Positions 11,821 through 25,127 are shown, counted from the first letter of the stretch. The stretch: DNA of 64,000 bases from Lama glama (GCA_028534125.1 CM052817.1:5890001-5954000); one strand, 5' to 3'. Notes: a model not told the origin generated them from the letters alone. Translations and numbers: made by a program.

Positions 11821-14800
11821 ACTCCTTCGTACGCGAAATGTTCTCACATACACAACTTCCCTCACAAAGAAGCTGCCAAAAGTGGTCTGTGATCAGGCCA
11901 CCACCACCAAGGTCCTTGCTCAGCCCGACCGAGGGCTCCACCCTGGGTGCAGAGCCTTTAAAAGGTGGGCTCCCCAGGCCCCTGGGTGGGGGTTTAGGGC
12001 AGGGGGATGACCGAAGATGAGTCAGCCGCAGCCCTGGGAGAAGGTTCTGCCCCTTAAAAATCCTTCCCCTAAATGGTCAGGGTGGGTGAAACCCCAGCAT
12101 GGTCCCCAGCTGGCTTGGCACCGGAATCCTGGTCTGGAGGAGACAGTGCTCTGTCCGGATCCCCAGTACAACTGGGGGCAAGTTTTCCAGGCTGAACACA
12201 ATGAAAACAACACACTCGAGTCAGCAGCAACCTCCCCTCGCCACTCTGCACACAAGGACGCTGCTACTTGAGCCAGAAATGCCGCCTTCCTGTCCCCAAT
12301 GTGTCCTGCTGCAGGCCAAGCTCATCCCAGACCAGCCGGGTCCAGACCGCACTGGACTCAGATCCTCACAAGGGGCGATCGCTCTCCTATCCAGAGACTC
12401 ACCCCTACCTCCGTTCTCGAAGGAGGAGAACAGGATTGGCAGGGAGCAGTTTACTGGGGGAAATGCTTGGGAACAGCATGATGAGACAGAGAGGGAAGGA
12501 AGCCAGCTCAGGGAGTAGCAGGGAGCAGAGGGGGCACCTTCAGAACTGCGCTGGGGTGTCTCCCTGAGGGTTGGAGGCAGGGGCACCGCTCCCCTGGGAT
12601 TTCCTTCCTACACTGCCACTATCAAGGGACAAGAGACTTCAGGCAGAAACCGGGAGGAAGCCCTGGCATCTGAGGCCTGTGGGTGCCTAGTGGACGTGGG
12701 CAGAGGCTGACAGAGCCGGATAAAATCTCCTGTAGTCTTGCCTAAGACCCCAGGCCAGTCCCAGCCCTGCCCATCAGCCTGTGTCCCAGGCCCATTCCTA
12801 CCTCGTCTTCCCACCCTGGCCAGATTCCATCCAGGTCCTCCTGTCCCTCCTGGGACTGTGACACTATCGTTTTAACTGATCTCTCTGCTGTCCGTCAATC
12901 TACCAGTCTCTCTGTCCCAACTCTGATCAGGTCCTTCAGGGGCTGGTTCAGGGCCCTGGAGTGCAGGTACCTGGGCCCAAACGTTCCCACCTCCCACCTG
13001 TGCATGGGCGGGGGCCTCCACAGACTAGCAAACTCAGCAATCTGCCCCTCGCCTTTTGGCTCTCTGCCCTGCCCCTGAGGAGACTCGCGACCACGCAGAA
13101 GGGAGAGTCACTTGAAGAGCCCCACAAGGCTCTTTCACATTCCTTTGTCCTCTCAGGCTCAGGCACAGAGATGGGGTCAGAGGTCACGACAGCACTCTCC
13201 AGGGATGGTTAAGGGATGGCCCAGGTCACAGGGTATGGCAGCTTGCCACAAGCTGTGAACTCAACGGACACGTCAGGGGTCGGGCAGGGGACTGACCAGT
13301 GAAGCTGTGGGACCCAGCATGGACGGAGGCGTCCATGCTCTCCTGGAGCTGCGGAAGGTCCCCTCCCGCCTCCAGGGAAGGCCCTGGGTTTCCTCCAGCC
13401 TCCACCTTCTGGGAGGATTAGGTTTCTAGGGCACCGGCTTTCCAGACACACCCAGTTCCTGAAAGCAGGCACTGGTAGCTGGACCTGAGGCGTGAACACA
13501 GTTTGCAGGGCCCTCTGTCCACTGGCGACCAGGGCCCAACTCGAGTAAGTGAGAGTCACCGGCTGCCAAGCCACCCCAGTGTCTGCGCTTCCAGAGCAGA
13601 TCTGAGCCCGGAGGCTCCCCCGACCACGGTGCCTCAGGGGACGCTGAGGACCTCGGTCCCTCCACTCCTGCACCTACTCCTGGCTGGCCCGCGGATCCAG
13701 CAGTGAACCAACGACTCTACGCAATGGCGACAGACCACCAACGCAGGAACGGTGGGGACCGCCCTGCGCAGCCTTCAAGGCTCCTTTCCACCCAGAGGAA
13801 TGTGGCCCTAACCTACAGTCCATCTCTCATCACGCCCTCGTCCCTCCTCCATCGAAGTTCGGTGTTGTGACATTCCTCCCTTTGTCTGCCTCAGTCTGGA
13901 ACACTTTCCCTACCTCTGGGTCACAGATAACCTTCTAATTATCTTTCAACGCTCAGGCAAAGTCTGCCTCCTCCAAAACGCCTTCCCTGATGCTCCCAGA
14001 TGGGAATGAGCTCTCCCAGCCCACTGCCCTTATTCCTGTCGCTCCTGTATTGCAAGGTATTCTCACACCCACGGAGCCCCTCAGTAAGCAGGCCCCACGG
14101 AGGGCAGGGCCCAGGCCGATCCGCCTCTGCAGCCTACGAACATCCCGAAAGACCGGCGCATGTCAGACCCCGAGAGCCACAGCACCCAGACAGCCCAGTG
14201 GGCCCTTTAGCTGATTCTCTCTGAAACCTCAAAACGCCCCCTAAAAGAAGGTAACCTCAGGACCCCGTTTTACAGGCAAAGAAATTGGGCAGAGACACGG
14301 ACTGACGTGCTGAAGGCCCCCAGGCTGGTAAGTGGTGGCGCTGGGACCTGAACTCAGCTGAGAACCTTCACTCCTCTTGCTTTTACTCACCCACAGCGGG
14401 TACCACTGTCAGCCTTAACTCAGGGAACAGAGGGCGGCACCAGCCACAGCTACCACCTGGGAACCGTGTGGAAAGGACCGAGTGGTTCAGCGGCAGGGCC
14501 AGGCGGCCGCGCCCAGAACGGCTTCCCTTCTGCCCCCAGCTCAGCACTCCCCACCGCCTCCCACCAATGAAGCAAGCCCAGCCCTAGAACAGGGGACCAC
14601 GAGGGCTCCCCATGGGACACCCACTGGACACAGGACGCTGCCACCTCCCTCCCTGTCTCCCCTTTCTCTGCCTGCCCAGGGCTGCCCAAGGCCTTGAGCA
14701 GGCACAAGGGGAGACTTTGGGGGCGACTGCCTAGGTTCGGGTCACAGCACCCCCTGGGACTTCACTGTCTTTGTGCCTAAACAGAGAAAGTAGCCACTCA

Positions 14801-15734
14801 ACAGGGCAGTCGTGAGGACCAAGGCAAAACGTGCACCATCAGGTACCAGGCGACCCTCCATGGACACCTGTGAACTAACCCGGGTAACAGTATCATTCTC
14901 CCCACCCCCACAGCTGTGGACACTGAACTGGCCAAGTGCTCGGCCACTGCCCGACACAAAATGTGCTCCACAAAAACCAGGCATGATGCTAGGGGCAGAG
15001 CCCGGGGCTGGTGCTGGGCGGGAACCGGCTGGTGCTCCGGGAGCAAGCCTGGGACACCTATGCTGAGAGGTGCACATTGAGTCTGTGGCAGAGGGGCCGC
15101 GCTTTTCTAGGAAGACCCTGCACAGCAGAGATGAGACCTGTGTTGGAAGCTACAAGCAAGCCGACCGAAGCTGGGGTGCAGGTCCATGCGGGGCATCAGC
15201 ACCTTGGCCAGGGAGATGTCACCACTGAGACTTCAGAGAAGAGGAGGAAAGGGCCCTTTCAACTTCAGGGTCTCCTCGCCAACTGTGGTGAGGCCCATTA
15301 GGGGATGGGGTGGGGATGTGGGTGAGCAGGGTCAACTGCTACAGTGCAACCAGGAACAGGACCACCTCTTCACTGGCCTCATGAGGCCGCAATCTTTTCT
15401 TTCACTTCAAAGGTGGCTTTTATATCCCTCCCCTAGGAGGGTAAGAAATGTACCAAAATGACCCCGAGCATCCATAACAGTGCTGAGAGAACACAAGTTA
15501 AACTTCTTCCAACCTCCATGCACGTGTTCCCTGTCTAGACTCTCCCCATCTCTGCTGTCTCAATTGCCTTCCTGGAGAACTCTTACTCACCCTCCAAAAC
15601 CCAATTCAAAAGTGCCCTTTCTCCAGAAGCCTTCCCTGCAGCTCTGTGGCACAGCTGATCCTTCCGTCTTGTTCCTAAAGCACTCAGGACACTCCTAAGT
15701 GCTTAATTGAGTGCATTAGAACCTTACCTACCAG

Positions 15735-15915
15735 CGTTCTGCAGTTGCTACTACCGACACTTTGGGCTGGATAACGCTTTGCTGGAGGACAGCCCTGAAC
15801 ATTGTAGGATGTTTGGCAACATCCCTGGCCTCTACCCACTAGATACCAGTAGCACAAAAACATCTGCAGACATTGCCAACTATCTCAGTGGGGTGGGGGA
15901 GGGGAGGGACTGCCT
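15735..15915. mobile_element. MER20-like hAT DNA transposon
   Basis: gacactttgggctggataa...cattgtaggatgtttggcaacatccctggcctctacccactagataccagtagcac...cagacattgccaa. Confidence 0.75.
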
Positions 15916-18900
15916 CACTAGATCTCATCTCGGGCGCCGTGGCCGTGGGCAGGGCCCGGCAGGATGGGGAATGTGTGTGGGAAACACTGAGAACCAAGGG
16001 TGCCAGGTGACGATGTGGGCATCCTTGAGCAGCTTCCTAACTGGTCTCCCTGCCTCACACCTTCCACACCCCCTCTCTACTGACCTGACCTCACTGTGCA
16101 TCTGCTCAATATTTTCCTGGTGCTGGTGGCCTCGGGGCAGGGCTAGGCTGTTTCAGGGCTGCCTGACCCCCAGCACCAGGGCCCCCCACCCTCTCCTGCC
16201 TGCTCATCACTCCCCCCACCCCAGTACTCCAGCCACGAAACTCCACAACCTGTGTGGGACCCTCTGGCTGCCCCTGCTCCACCTGACTGGTCCCTTCCCA
16301 GCCCCCAGCTCCTCAGAACCCCCCACCTCCACGTGAGAACGCCTCTCGGCCTGTCTCCTCCTCTCAGCATCAGTCCCGGTTGCCCTGCAAGACTGTCTTG
16401 GTGAGGACAGGCTTTTGTCAAGATGTCTCTGGAACCTGGCGTAGGCTTCGCTACAAAGCAGATGCTTGATAAATACTTATAACAAGATTAACTCGGGCTC
16501 AAACACAGGAGGGGGAGAAGGGAGGTGGGAGAGAAATGACAAGTGCCTGCCTGGAGCCTGCGGACACTCAGGGAGCACCACCACGACAGCTAAAGCACCA
16601 GAGGGTCACTGGCCCCAGAACCAGTGAGGCCCGTGCCCACCACTCAGGCCCCACACAGCTTGGGGGGTCTTCTCGGAGCCCCAGCTTCCTCACTTGTTAA
16701 AGGTCAGACCACAGGCCCTGAGCTGTCTCCTGGCCCTTGACCCCACATGTGTGCTGCCTGGGCCTTAATCAAACATGCCACTTCCTTCTGTCACCCTGGG
16801 GCCCATTTCACCCCCGCCCAGGGCGGCAGGCTCCGCGCAGGTGGGGCCGGTGTGTCTGCCCTGGGCCTGTGGCAGGGACTTGGAGGCATGTGCAATGGGA
16901 CAGAAGGGAAGAGGTCAGTCCTTCTCCAGCCATCTGTCCCTTCACGTACACACCCCCGCCCCCACCTGTAGGGGAGGCACAGGTTGTCCTTCCGCCCATG
17001 ACAGGCAGATCATTCCACATGAAACTCAGTGCTCAAGTTCAACATCCCCCAACCTGGTTGATACCTTGTTCAAGGAGATGAGCCCACTGTGCTGAGCTTG
17101 GAAGCAGCAACGTCTAACTGCTGCAAACACTGGGCTCCGAATTTAACTTCAGATGTAGCATTTTTTTTTCAAATATACATATATTTTAGTTCTGGAATCT
17201 AGAGACTGAGTATTTTAAAAAGCAACTCCAAACTTGCTCTTGCAGCAAATCTGCTGGCTGCTTCTGGCAGCTTGGAGGGGCCTCTGGTAGGAGAATTATT
17301 TACCAAAGCTATTCTCCAGGGAAGTAGTCCTGGGCAGTTTAGAACGAGAGGCTCCTTCACAGTGACTGGGAGGAACCTTCCCAGACTTGGGGGCGGGTGG
17401 CGGCCAGGGATGACGCGGGCCTCAAGGGAAGACTGTATCAGGTTCCTTCCTTCTGGAACACCTTTTTGGTCAGCCACATCACTGCATGCTTTTAACTCTG
17501 GAGAGAATTCCCTCTCCAAGGTGGGGCAATCTTTTTTCTTTTTTTTATAAGCTTAAGAACTGCTGCACTGCTGGGTTCGCAAAACAACTTTTAAGGCAAC
17601 AAAACAAATGACAGCGGTGGCTCCAAATGGGAAGTCAGTAAGGGTCTGCTTGGTGTGAAAAAAGGTGACTGCCACAAAACTTAAGTCCAGCAGCCTGACC
17701 TGGGCTCAGCCTTTTTCACTTCCACGCAGTAAAAGCTTCAGTGGCTGCTCACTGTCTCCACCGCACAGCCCAGCTTTCAAGGCCTTTCAATCAACAAATG
17801 ACTTACTGAGCAACTACTTGGTGCCAGGCACCGCGCTAGGTCAGGATGTAGCAGGTCAGGTAGCAGGTGGCTGCTCTGCTCGCTGGCCAGCTCCCTGTGT
17901 GCCGTGAGCACCAAGGGGCAGGGAAAGCCAGGATAGGGTGCTGTTTAGGAGGGGCCACAGCCACAAGGAGACGTCTAAACAGAAACCTAAAGGAAAAGGG
18001 GAGTGAGCCATGAAGCTACTTGAGGAAAGAATATAGAGCGAAGGCCGCAGCAAAGCCCTTGTCCCGAGACCGACCTGCGGCATGTTCCAGGGAGAGCTCA
18101 GACACCCGGGAGCCCGGAGCCGGTGGGAGGAGGGGGGCCGTTGAGGTCAGATCGGAGGTGCGCGGCGGGACGGCGAGGCCCTCTCAGCCTCGGTCAGGGA
18201 GAGCAGAGGAGCGCCCCAATCTCGTATTTTCATGTAACAGCAGACTGGAGGAGAGCCAGGGTGGAAGCAGGGACACTTGTTTGGCTTTTCGCTTTTGCAA
18301 ACCAGGTGAGAGGGCGGTGGCTTGGATGAGGGTGAAAGTGGAAGCAGTGAAGCCCTGCGAGATTCAGAAGCCCTTTGCAGACTCACCAGGATTCACTGAA
18401 GAACTAAGTGAAGCACGGAAGAGCAGGGGGACCAGTGAGAAGTCCAAGGTTGGGGCCCGAACAGCTCAAGGCATGGTGTTGCCATTAGGGGGAAGGACAT
18501 GGGGGAAACCCAGATGTGGCCTGGGCATGCTGAGAACGAGCTGCCAATCAGATATCTGTTGGACACGCCTCCATCTAGTCCCAACCTCTCTTTCCTGTCT
18601 CTCCCTACTCCCTGAACCTGTATTCCAACCAGACTGTATTCCTTCCTATTTCCGGAATGTTCATGAGGACTCACGTCTTTTTCCCAGGGGCACTGTGCCC
18701 TAATAAACATTGCACCCACCTTTACTCAAGCACCAAGGGTTCACCCCCAACTAACAAAAGCCTAAATGCCTGACGTGTGCCCAAAGCAGGGAGGGAGGAA
18801 CAATTAGCAGCACCTTGATGCTGCCCTGGCCCGGCAGGAACTTACAAACAGATAGGAGAGAAAGCAGATGCGCCCTGGAAAGTGAAGGGTAAACTCTGGG

Positions 18901-20324
18901 GTACTGATAATGAAAAGCTCAGAAGGACTAGAGAGGGTTCCCCAAGTCAGGGAGTGCCTCCAGCAAAGAGGGTGCTTGTCGGTGGCTGCAAACAGCTTCT
19001 CCTTTGGAAACAGCTCCAGTTAGTGGCTGTCTTCGTCTCGCTGGGCCTGACCCCTCTTCCAAGCAACACGCCCACTGCGGGGGTCAAAGGGGATGCTGCA
19101 GGTAAGGGCCTTTCGTGATACTAGACATACAGCAGGTCTTCATGTGGGGCCTCTGGTCTGGAAGTGAGCGCAGCCGGCCACGACGTGCGTGCGCCTTGTG
19201 AGGGGCAAGCCCACGTGCTCCCTCTACTGCCCCGTGTCCCCGAGGCTGCACGTGCCCACTGTATTTGACAGACTACTAGTGAGTCTCTGCCTGGGGCCCT
19301 CACAACTTTTATTTCCTCAGTATCTCAGCACCTCCCTGGAGACCTCCAGATCTTTACTATCTGTGTCCCTGGCGATGTTCTCCCTGTTCTGCGGGAGGCA
19401 GGACCAGCTTTCTAGGAATCCGTGTCTAGCAGAGGAGCTGTTAGCACCTTCAAAGCAGTCACACTCACCCACCCCCTCAAGTGAGGTGCCGGGCAATCCT
19501 GGGAAGGGCAGAAACTGCCACGTGGAGCTCCGTCTTTCCGCAGAGGGACGATAGTGGCTGGCTGGCTTCACCAGAGATGGGGGCAGAGCCAGCACATGCA
19601 GACCACAGAGCCTTCTCCTCTCACAGGCAAGGAAACTAAGGGGCCCTTCACTCCCTCAGCCAGCTCTGAGGTTCCTGAGAGCAAAGACGTCTCAGAAGCG
19701 ACAATTCCAGTCCCCCAAAGGTAAGAACGCACAACACACGTGGATTTAAGTTGACATCCCCGGGGAGCGTCGCCAGTCAAAATTATCCACCTACATACTT
19801 TGCACAAGGCTCAGTCTCAAGCTCAGAACCGCCCCCCCCCACACCCTGAGTTGGGCATGTTGGTACCTCCGGCTTCCATCCCCCACTCCACCACTCAGGC
19901 TAGGGAAGGCAGAAGAAAGATTTCAGTGTGCAATCCCCGCAGCAGCGAGACTGACAGGCAGACTGGGTCATTTCAATAATTACAGGGAAGTGACAAAATT
20001 TTTGAGGATTTCCCAAGGAATGGTCTCTAGAAGCCTTCTCAGCCTGGGTACAGGATGCCTGAGCAAATATTCATGGGTATAAACGGGTTCCTGATTTTGC
20101 CCTGGGACTCAGATCTGCAGGGGGATGATCAGGCTGGAGTGCAGAGGCCTGGGTGTGAGTCTGGGCTCTGCCACACCGAGACCTTGGATGTTAAATGATT
20201 AAACGTAAGTGCCATTTACCAAGTAAGTGCTGGCTGTGTGCCAAGCATGCTGGGCTGCAGGGACGCATCTCACTCCATGGGCCTTGGCAGCCAGGGTACG
20301 TGGGGGCAGTCACATGTTAACGCC

Positions 20325-20420
20325 TCCATTTTACAGATGAGGAAACGGGCTCAGAGACGCCCAAATAACCAACCATCCCAAGGTCAAGCAGCCGCTGACC
20401 GGGTCTGTCTGATCTCTCAA
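20325..20420. mobile_element. MIR SINE fragment
   Basis: ccattttacagatgaggaaacgggctcagaga is the MIR core. Confidence 0.65.
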
Positions 20421-20675
20421 ACTCAGAGCCTTATTCTCACCAACTGAACTAATGTGAGCCTCAGTTTCCCCACGGAAAGAGAATTGGGCCCGGATACATT
20501 TGAAACTCTCTTCCTGGGCTTCCGAGGTGTGGTCCCAAGGCTGAGGGGGTGTGGCGTCCTATCCCCAGGCCGCTGGGCCGGAGGTGAGGGGGTGGAAGGG
20601 GAGGGAGAATAAACCACACTGCTGCGCCCAGGGAAGGAACAGTCGTCTGGTGGGGGGAAGGGGGTGGGTACTCAC

Positions 20676-20797
20676 GTCGATGTTCCTTAGGATGACGCAC
20701 TTTCCATTGGTGTAAAGAAAATTGTTGCCCTTGGGGTCACCGCCGATGATTTTGGAGACACCCCTCTCCACCTGGGGGAGGCTGGCGAACACCTTCT
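20676..20797 (-). CDS. WDR1: WDR1 coding exon 2 ([41 protein letters not shown])
   Basis: 122 nt, acceptor TCTCTGCAG| and donor |GTGAGT; phase fits exon 1; translation matches WDR1. Confidence 0.98.
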
Positions 20798-21251
20798 CTG
20801 CAGAGACACAAATGCAGCAGGGCATATGAGGGGCAGCCCCTGCCTCGGCCCTCGCCAGGCTGAGGTCGGAAGGGAGGGAATGGGGGAAAGGAGAGGGGCC
20901 CTGGACCGGTCTTAGCCGGTCACCTGTTGCCTCCACCCGGAGGGGCGGCCGCCACTTTAAAGGAGCGCCGAGGACCGCGCGACTTCCTGGTCCGCGGTCC
21001 CCACCAGGCCGTTCAGGGATGCGGGGGCTCCGCCGGGCCCGGACTGCATCGCCAACTTTGGGGCGCCCCTCCGGCCGGGGATCGCCGCCCAGAGCTCCCG
21101 AGGGCGGCGGGGCGCTCACCGGCCGGCGCCGGCACCCCTCCCCCGCGCTCGGGGACCCCGCTGGGCCGCCCGCGCCCAGGGCCCGGCCGATGGCCGAGGG
21201 GGCCGGGCTGGGCGGGCGCCCACCCCGGGGGCACCGGGCCGCGGCACTTAC

Positions 21252-21267
21252 TGATCTCGTACGGCAT
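21252..21267 (-). CDS. WDR1: WDR1 coding exon 1 (MPYEI + first base of K)
   Basis: Minus strand reads GCAAGG ATG CCG TAC GAG ATC A|GTAAGT: the WDR1/AIP1 N-terminus, A at -3 and a consensus donor, inside a CpG island. Confidence 0.97.
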
Positions 21268-21509
21268 CCTTGCCCACTTGTTACCGCGCCGCGCTCGCCG
21301 AGAGCCTCCGGGGCCGCGCGCGCCGCGAATCAGACCTGGCCGAGGCCGAGCCGGGGACAGGGGCCGAAAGGCGGCGCCGGGCGTGCCGGGCGCGGAGGGG
21401 GCGGTCCGAGGCCGGGTCTCCGAGTCCGGCTCGCGCCCTGCCCTGCGCGCTGCCGCTGCGGACGCGCCGAACCCGGAAGCGCGGCCCCGCGCGCGGCTCG
21501 CCCCCAGCT

Positions 21510-21527
21510 TTGACCATATATAGTCAA
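21510..21527. promoter_or_regulatory. CArG-like / TATA-like element inside an 18-bp near-palindrome
   Basis: TTGAC C ATATAT A GTCAA. The core CCATATATAG (21514-21523) is one mismatch from CC(A/T)6GG and is the only AT-rich patch in this part of the island. Confidence 0.6.
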
Positions 21528-21632
21528 GCACTCAGCTCGGCGGCTGCGGCCCCGGTGAGCCTGCGCGGACCTGGTCGCGCCCCTCCCCCGCGCCCCACCC
21601 CCCCGCAGGGCCCCGCCCAGAACGCCCCGCCT

Positions 21633-21644
21633 CCGGAAGTGACG
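21633..21644 (+). promoter_or_regulatory. Overlapping ETS-CRE composite motif
   Basis: CCGGAAGTGACG: an ETS (GABPA/ELK) core overlapping a half-CRE, next to GC boxes. A second ETS motif CCGGAAG lies at 21473-21479. Confidence 0.65.
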
Positions 21645-24600
21645 CCACACACGGCCCTGTGAAAAAGGCGGCGCGGGTTGCTCTTCGCGTTAGAATGATC
21701 CAGGGAGCCGGTGGGTGAGGTTGGGTGGTTTGTCAGGGAGTGGACGGGTGGGCTGCTGAAGGATGTTTTTTGCTGAAATTTTGGGGCCGCTGAAGGCAGC
21801 AGCGTTCTTTTTCCTGCCTGTGTTTTCGTAGTGGGCGTTCCCGGGCTGCCAGCCTTGGCCGAGCTGGGCGCCTGCTGTTTGCAGAAGCTGTGAGGCGCCC
21901 GTTGGGTTTTGCAAACATAGGGGAGTGCTTTTACTTGCTCTTTTTTGAAGTGTGACTAATTGGAAATTACCCTTCCTCGAAAAAAGCTGCTGGCAGCAGG
22001 AACTTTTAGGGGCCTCGCTCGACCCCAGCTCTCTCAAAACTTCCTTTTAGAAAGCTGAGAAGCCAAGAAGAGCAAAGGGGGTGGGGGGAGTGGAGGTTCT
22101 AAGAAAACTAGGGCTCGCTTCCTAACGAGGAAAGCAGAAGGAAAAGGGAACTTCTCTTGTAAGATAAAGGCAGCTGCTCGTTGCAAGGGGAAAGCTAGGG
22201 CTCTGAGTGTTAGCTGGAACCTCACCTTTTTGCGGGGGTGCTGTCTTTCCCTCTGAGGTGGGGAGGGGGAAGGGGGGAATACAGGAACGTACAAAGCACC
22301 TGAAGCCCAAACTAGAAAACCGTGGAGTGACCCTTGACTTTAAATCTCTAACCTTCTGGGAAAGTTTCTTGGTTCTATTTTCAAACGCACCTCTTGTGTC
22401 CTTAACCTAGAAATACTGCAGGGCCCTGAAGACGCACCTGGGTTAACACAGGTGTTTCCTATCTGGTCTGGCTCATACACCTACCCTCCCCCACCTTCAC
22501 CTAGATCTGCTCTCCAGATTGCACCCTGTTCCTTTTAAGTCGAAAAGCAAATCTTTTCCTCAGCTTAAAACCTACAGGAGCCCCAAGTCTCGAAGTCCAA
22601 GTTAAAGTCAGTAAGATGGCCCGCTGGGCCCTGTGTGATGGGTCTCAGGGTTACGTGAGGCTCCGTCTTACCCTCCTCTGCCTTCAGCTGTCCTTGCCCG
22701 CTTGCTTTCTGCAGCACACTGGCTTCCCTGGTGCTCCAGGAATTCCCCCAGCTTGCTCTTGCTCCCAAGGCCTCTGTGACATCTCTTCACTGCCTCCAAG
22801 TACTCTTCAAAAGTACTTCTGGGCTCGTCACTTCTTTAATGAAAGTCACGTACCCTGACCACCTTATTTTCAAACACAACCTCCTAGGCCTTTCCTGATA
22901 CTGCAGCTTTTCTGTTTTTGTCTGGAGTGTGTCCCTGGCACGTGGTAAATGCTGGAACGGGTGACCCCGTGCCCCACGTGCACTCCCCCATCAAACAATG
23001 TAGTTCTGTGACGTCTAAGGGACCCTCGAAATGTTAAGTCTTTGTTCATAAGGGTGAAATTTCTAAAGCAGAAATGCAAAACAAGCTGTCTACAAGTGGT
23101 GGCTGTAATTCTGAGAAACCAGGATTTGCTTATTGACCTTAATGGGACTAGGATTAGATGCAGGTGTGACAATTTACGTTCACCCCTAAGGCGTTTATGT
23201 AACGGAGGGACCAACACGCTATTGCAAGCTAATAACCCTCGTGTGTGCGTGAAGCCTTAGACTCACTGGAGACTGAAGTTACTTAAAACTAAGTCCCAAA
23301 CCCCTGGCAGAGTGCTAGGCTCTGGCTCTTAGTTTAGGAGGAAGTCATGTTGGTTTGGGGGTGGGGGCACTGCTGTTGGCTCTAAAAATCATAGCACTTC
23401 TATAGACGAGTGACTTGGCAGGAAGTTGTGGGGGTTGGAAGGAGAGGGATGCGGGGGGGTGTCCTTCCCTGGGTTGTCTCGGGGTGGTCCCAGCCGTAAG
23501 GGCTCAGTGATGCTTGAGTGGTGTCAGCTGTGGCTAGTGTGTTTCCAGCTCCTCGGGTTCTCTTACTCCCCACCCACGCCTTTGTACAACCGCCTAACAT
23601 GTGCCCCCCGTCTATGTTGGGGACCCTGAAAAGACTGTTCCACAGTGAACACTAATGTCTGTCAGCCCAGCCACTTCTGAGCCCCTTACTTCTGTAACTG
23701 CCTCCTGGCACCTCTGGAATGTCCCAGAGATGCCCATTGAGACCACCCAAAGCCCGACTGAGACCAAACAGTTTCTTTCCTCCCCTCTGTAAGATTGCTC
23801 CTCTGGGATGTCCTTCCTACAGTGACCCCATTTCTCTAACTGCCAGAAACCTCACTCACCCATCCTCGCCCACATTCAATCCTTCAAATATAGTCTCTTT
23901 GAATGCCCACATCTCTGGAATCTCACTGTCCCACACCCTGGGCCTCTATCAAGGTAGAGCCCAACATCCCCCCCAGGCCTGTAAGGCCCGGGGCACCCAG
24001 ACCCAGCCTGGCTCTCAAGCTGCCGTTTCCCTGGGTCGTTCTGCTTGGGCCAGTAGGGATGCCACCAGGGCCTTCGAGCTCTGTCTCTCTGCCGTGCCTG
24101 CCTTGGGGCTTCTATACCTGTTTCCTGGCCCTCCCTGACACCCCAGTTCAAGGCCAGTCCATTCAACTGAATTCGGACACTAAGTTTAGGCAATACTTAA
24201 CCTAGCAGGCGTAGCATCAAGTGTTAATCCAATTTGCCAACCCTGCTCCGTTGTAAACATCACAACAGGAACCATGTTTTTCCAATGCTTAGTGAAGGGC
24301 CCACTAGACAAGTGCAACGAATCTGCTGGCCTGCATCCCAGACGGAATGAGTATCACCTGAATTTGCGCTGAATTCCGAATTGTGTAAAATAGTGTCTCT
24401 TTAAAACACACTTCTTGGGGCAACTCCTTAAATCTTGAGGAAAATTCCTGGGCTGGTTTTGGGTAAACTGGTTGCAGCTAGTGAATTGGGTAACTCGGAG
24501 GAAATCTTTAGAATCCCTCTAGGTGTGTGTGTTTCAGAAGCCTTCACCTCTCGGTTCTGCCAAGGGCTCAAGAAGTGCAGCTCTGTGGGAATCCACCTCA

Positions 24601-25127
24601 TCCCAAGCGTGCTTAGCCTCAGAGCCCTTGTTTCCTCCTCCATAAACTGGGGACGTAGCCAGGAGACGTGTGAGGCTGCTGTCTTGGCACCTTCGGGGAG
24701 GACAGAAAGGAGCGACGGGGCAGGTGTTCTGAACTTCCCACTTGCTCACTTTCAGCCCTTGTGTTCTCAAGTCCAGGCTCCAGAAAGGGGTCTCTCCTAT
24801 TTGAGTGCATCAGGCCCCTGCCAAAGTGCTCTGTGCCAGGTACTGGCATGAGCAACAGGGAACGCGGTGGGCGCTACTCCCTCCAGGAGCTCAGGCTTGG
24901 ACGAGCTCGCCTCCTGGGAAGGAATGCCGGGATGCCCTGTACAGTGGGGGGACCTCCCATCACTGGCCCTGCCCCCTGAGAATCTTGTCTTTTTTGGGTC
25001 CTCTGAGGCTTGTAAACAGGCTCAGGGTAAGCCACGCCCAAGAAGCAGCTCTAAAGTGTCCAGAGAAATTGCCTCTCCAGCTCTCCTAGCTCAACCTAGC
25101 CTTACTGCCCTCACCTCCAGTCTGAAC

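Larger units (their letters stand above)
20900..21700. promoter_or_regulatory. WDR1: CpG island / WDR1 promoter and 5' UTR
   Basis: Very high GC and CpG density around exon 1; GC boxes (CCCCGCCC 21611-21618) and ETS motifs. Confidence 0.92.

Noticed and set aside
18020-18703. Longest ORF in the track (227 aa), antisense in intron 2
   Set aside because: No ATG start and no recognisable domain; such ORFs are expected by chance in GC-rich DNA.
20927-21662. Several overlapping Arg/Pro/Gly/Ala-rich ORFs
   Set aside because: CpG-island composition artefact; only the WDR1 exon 1 frame is supported.
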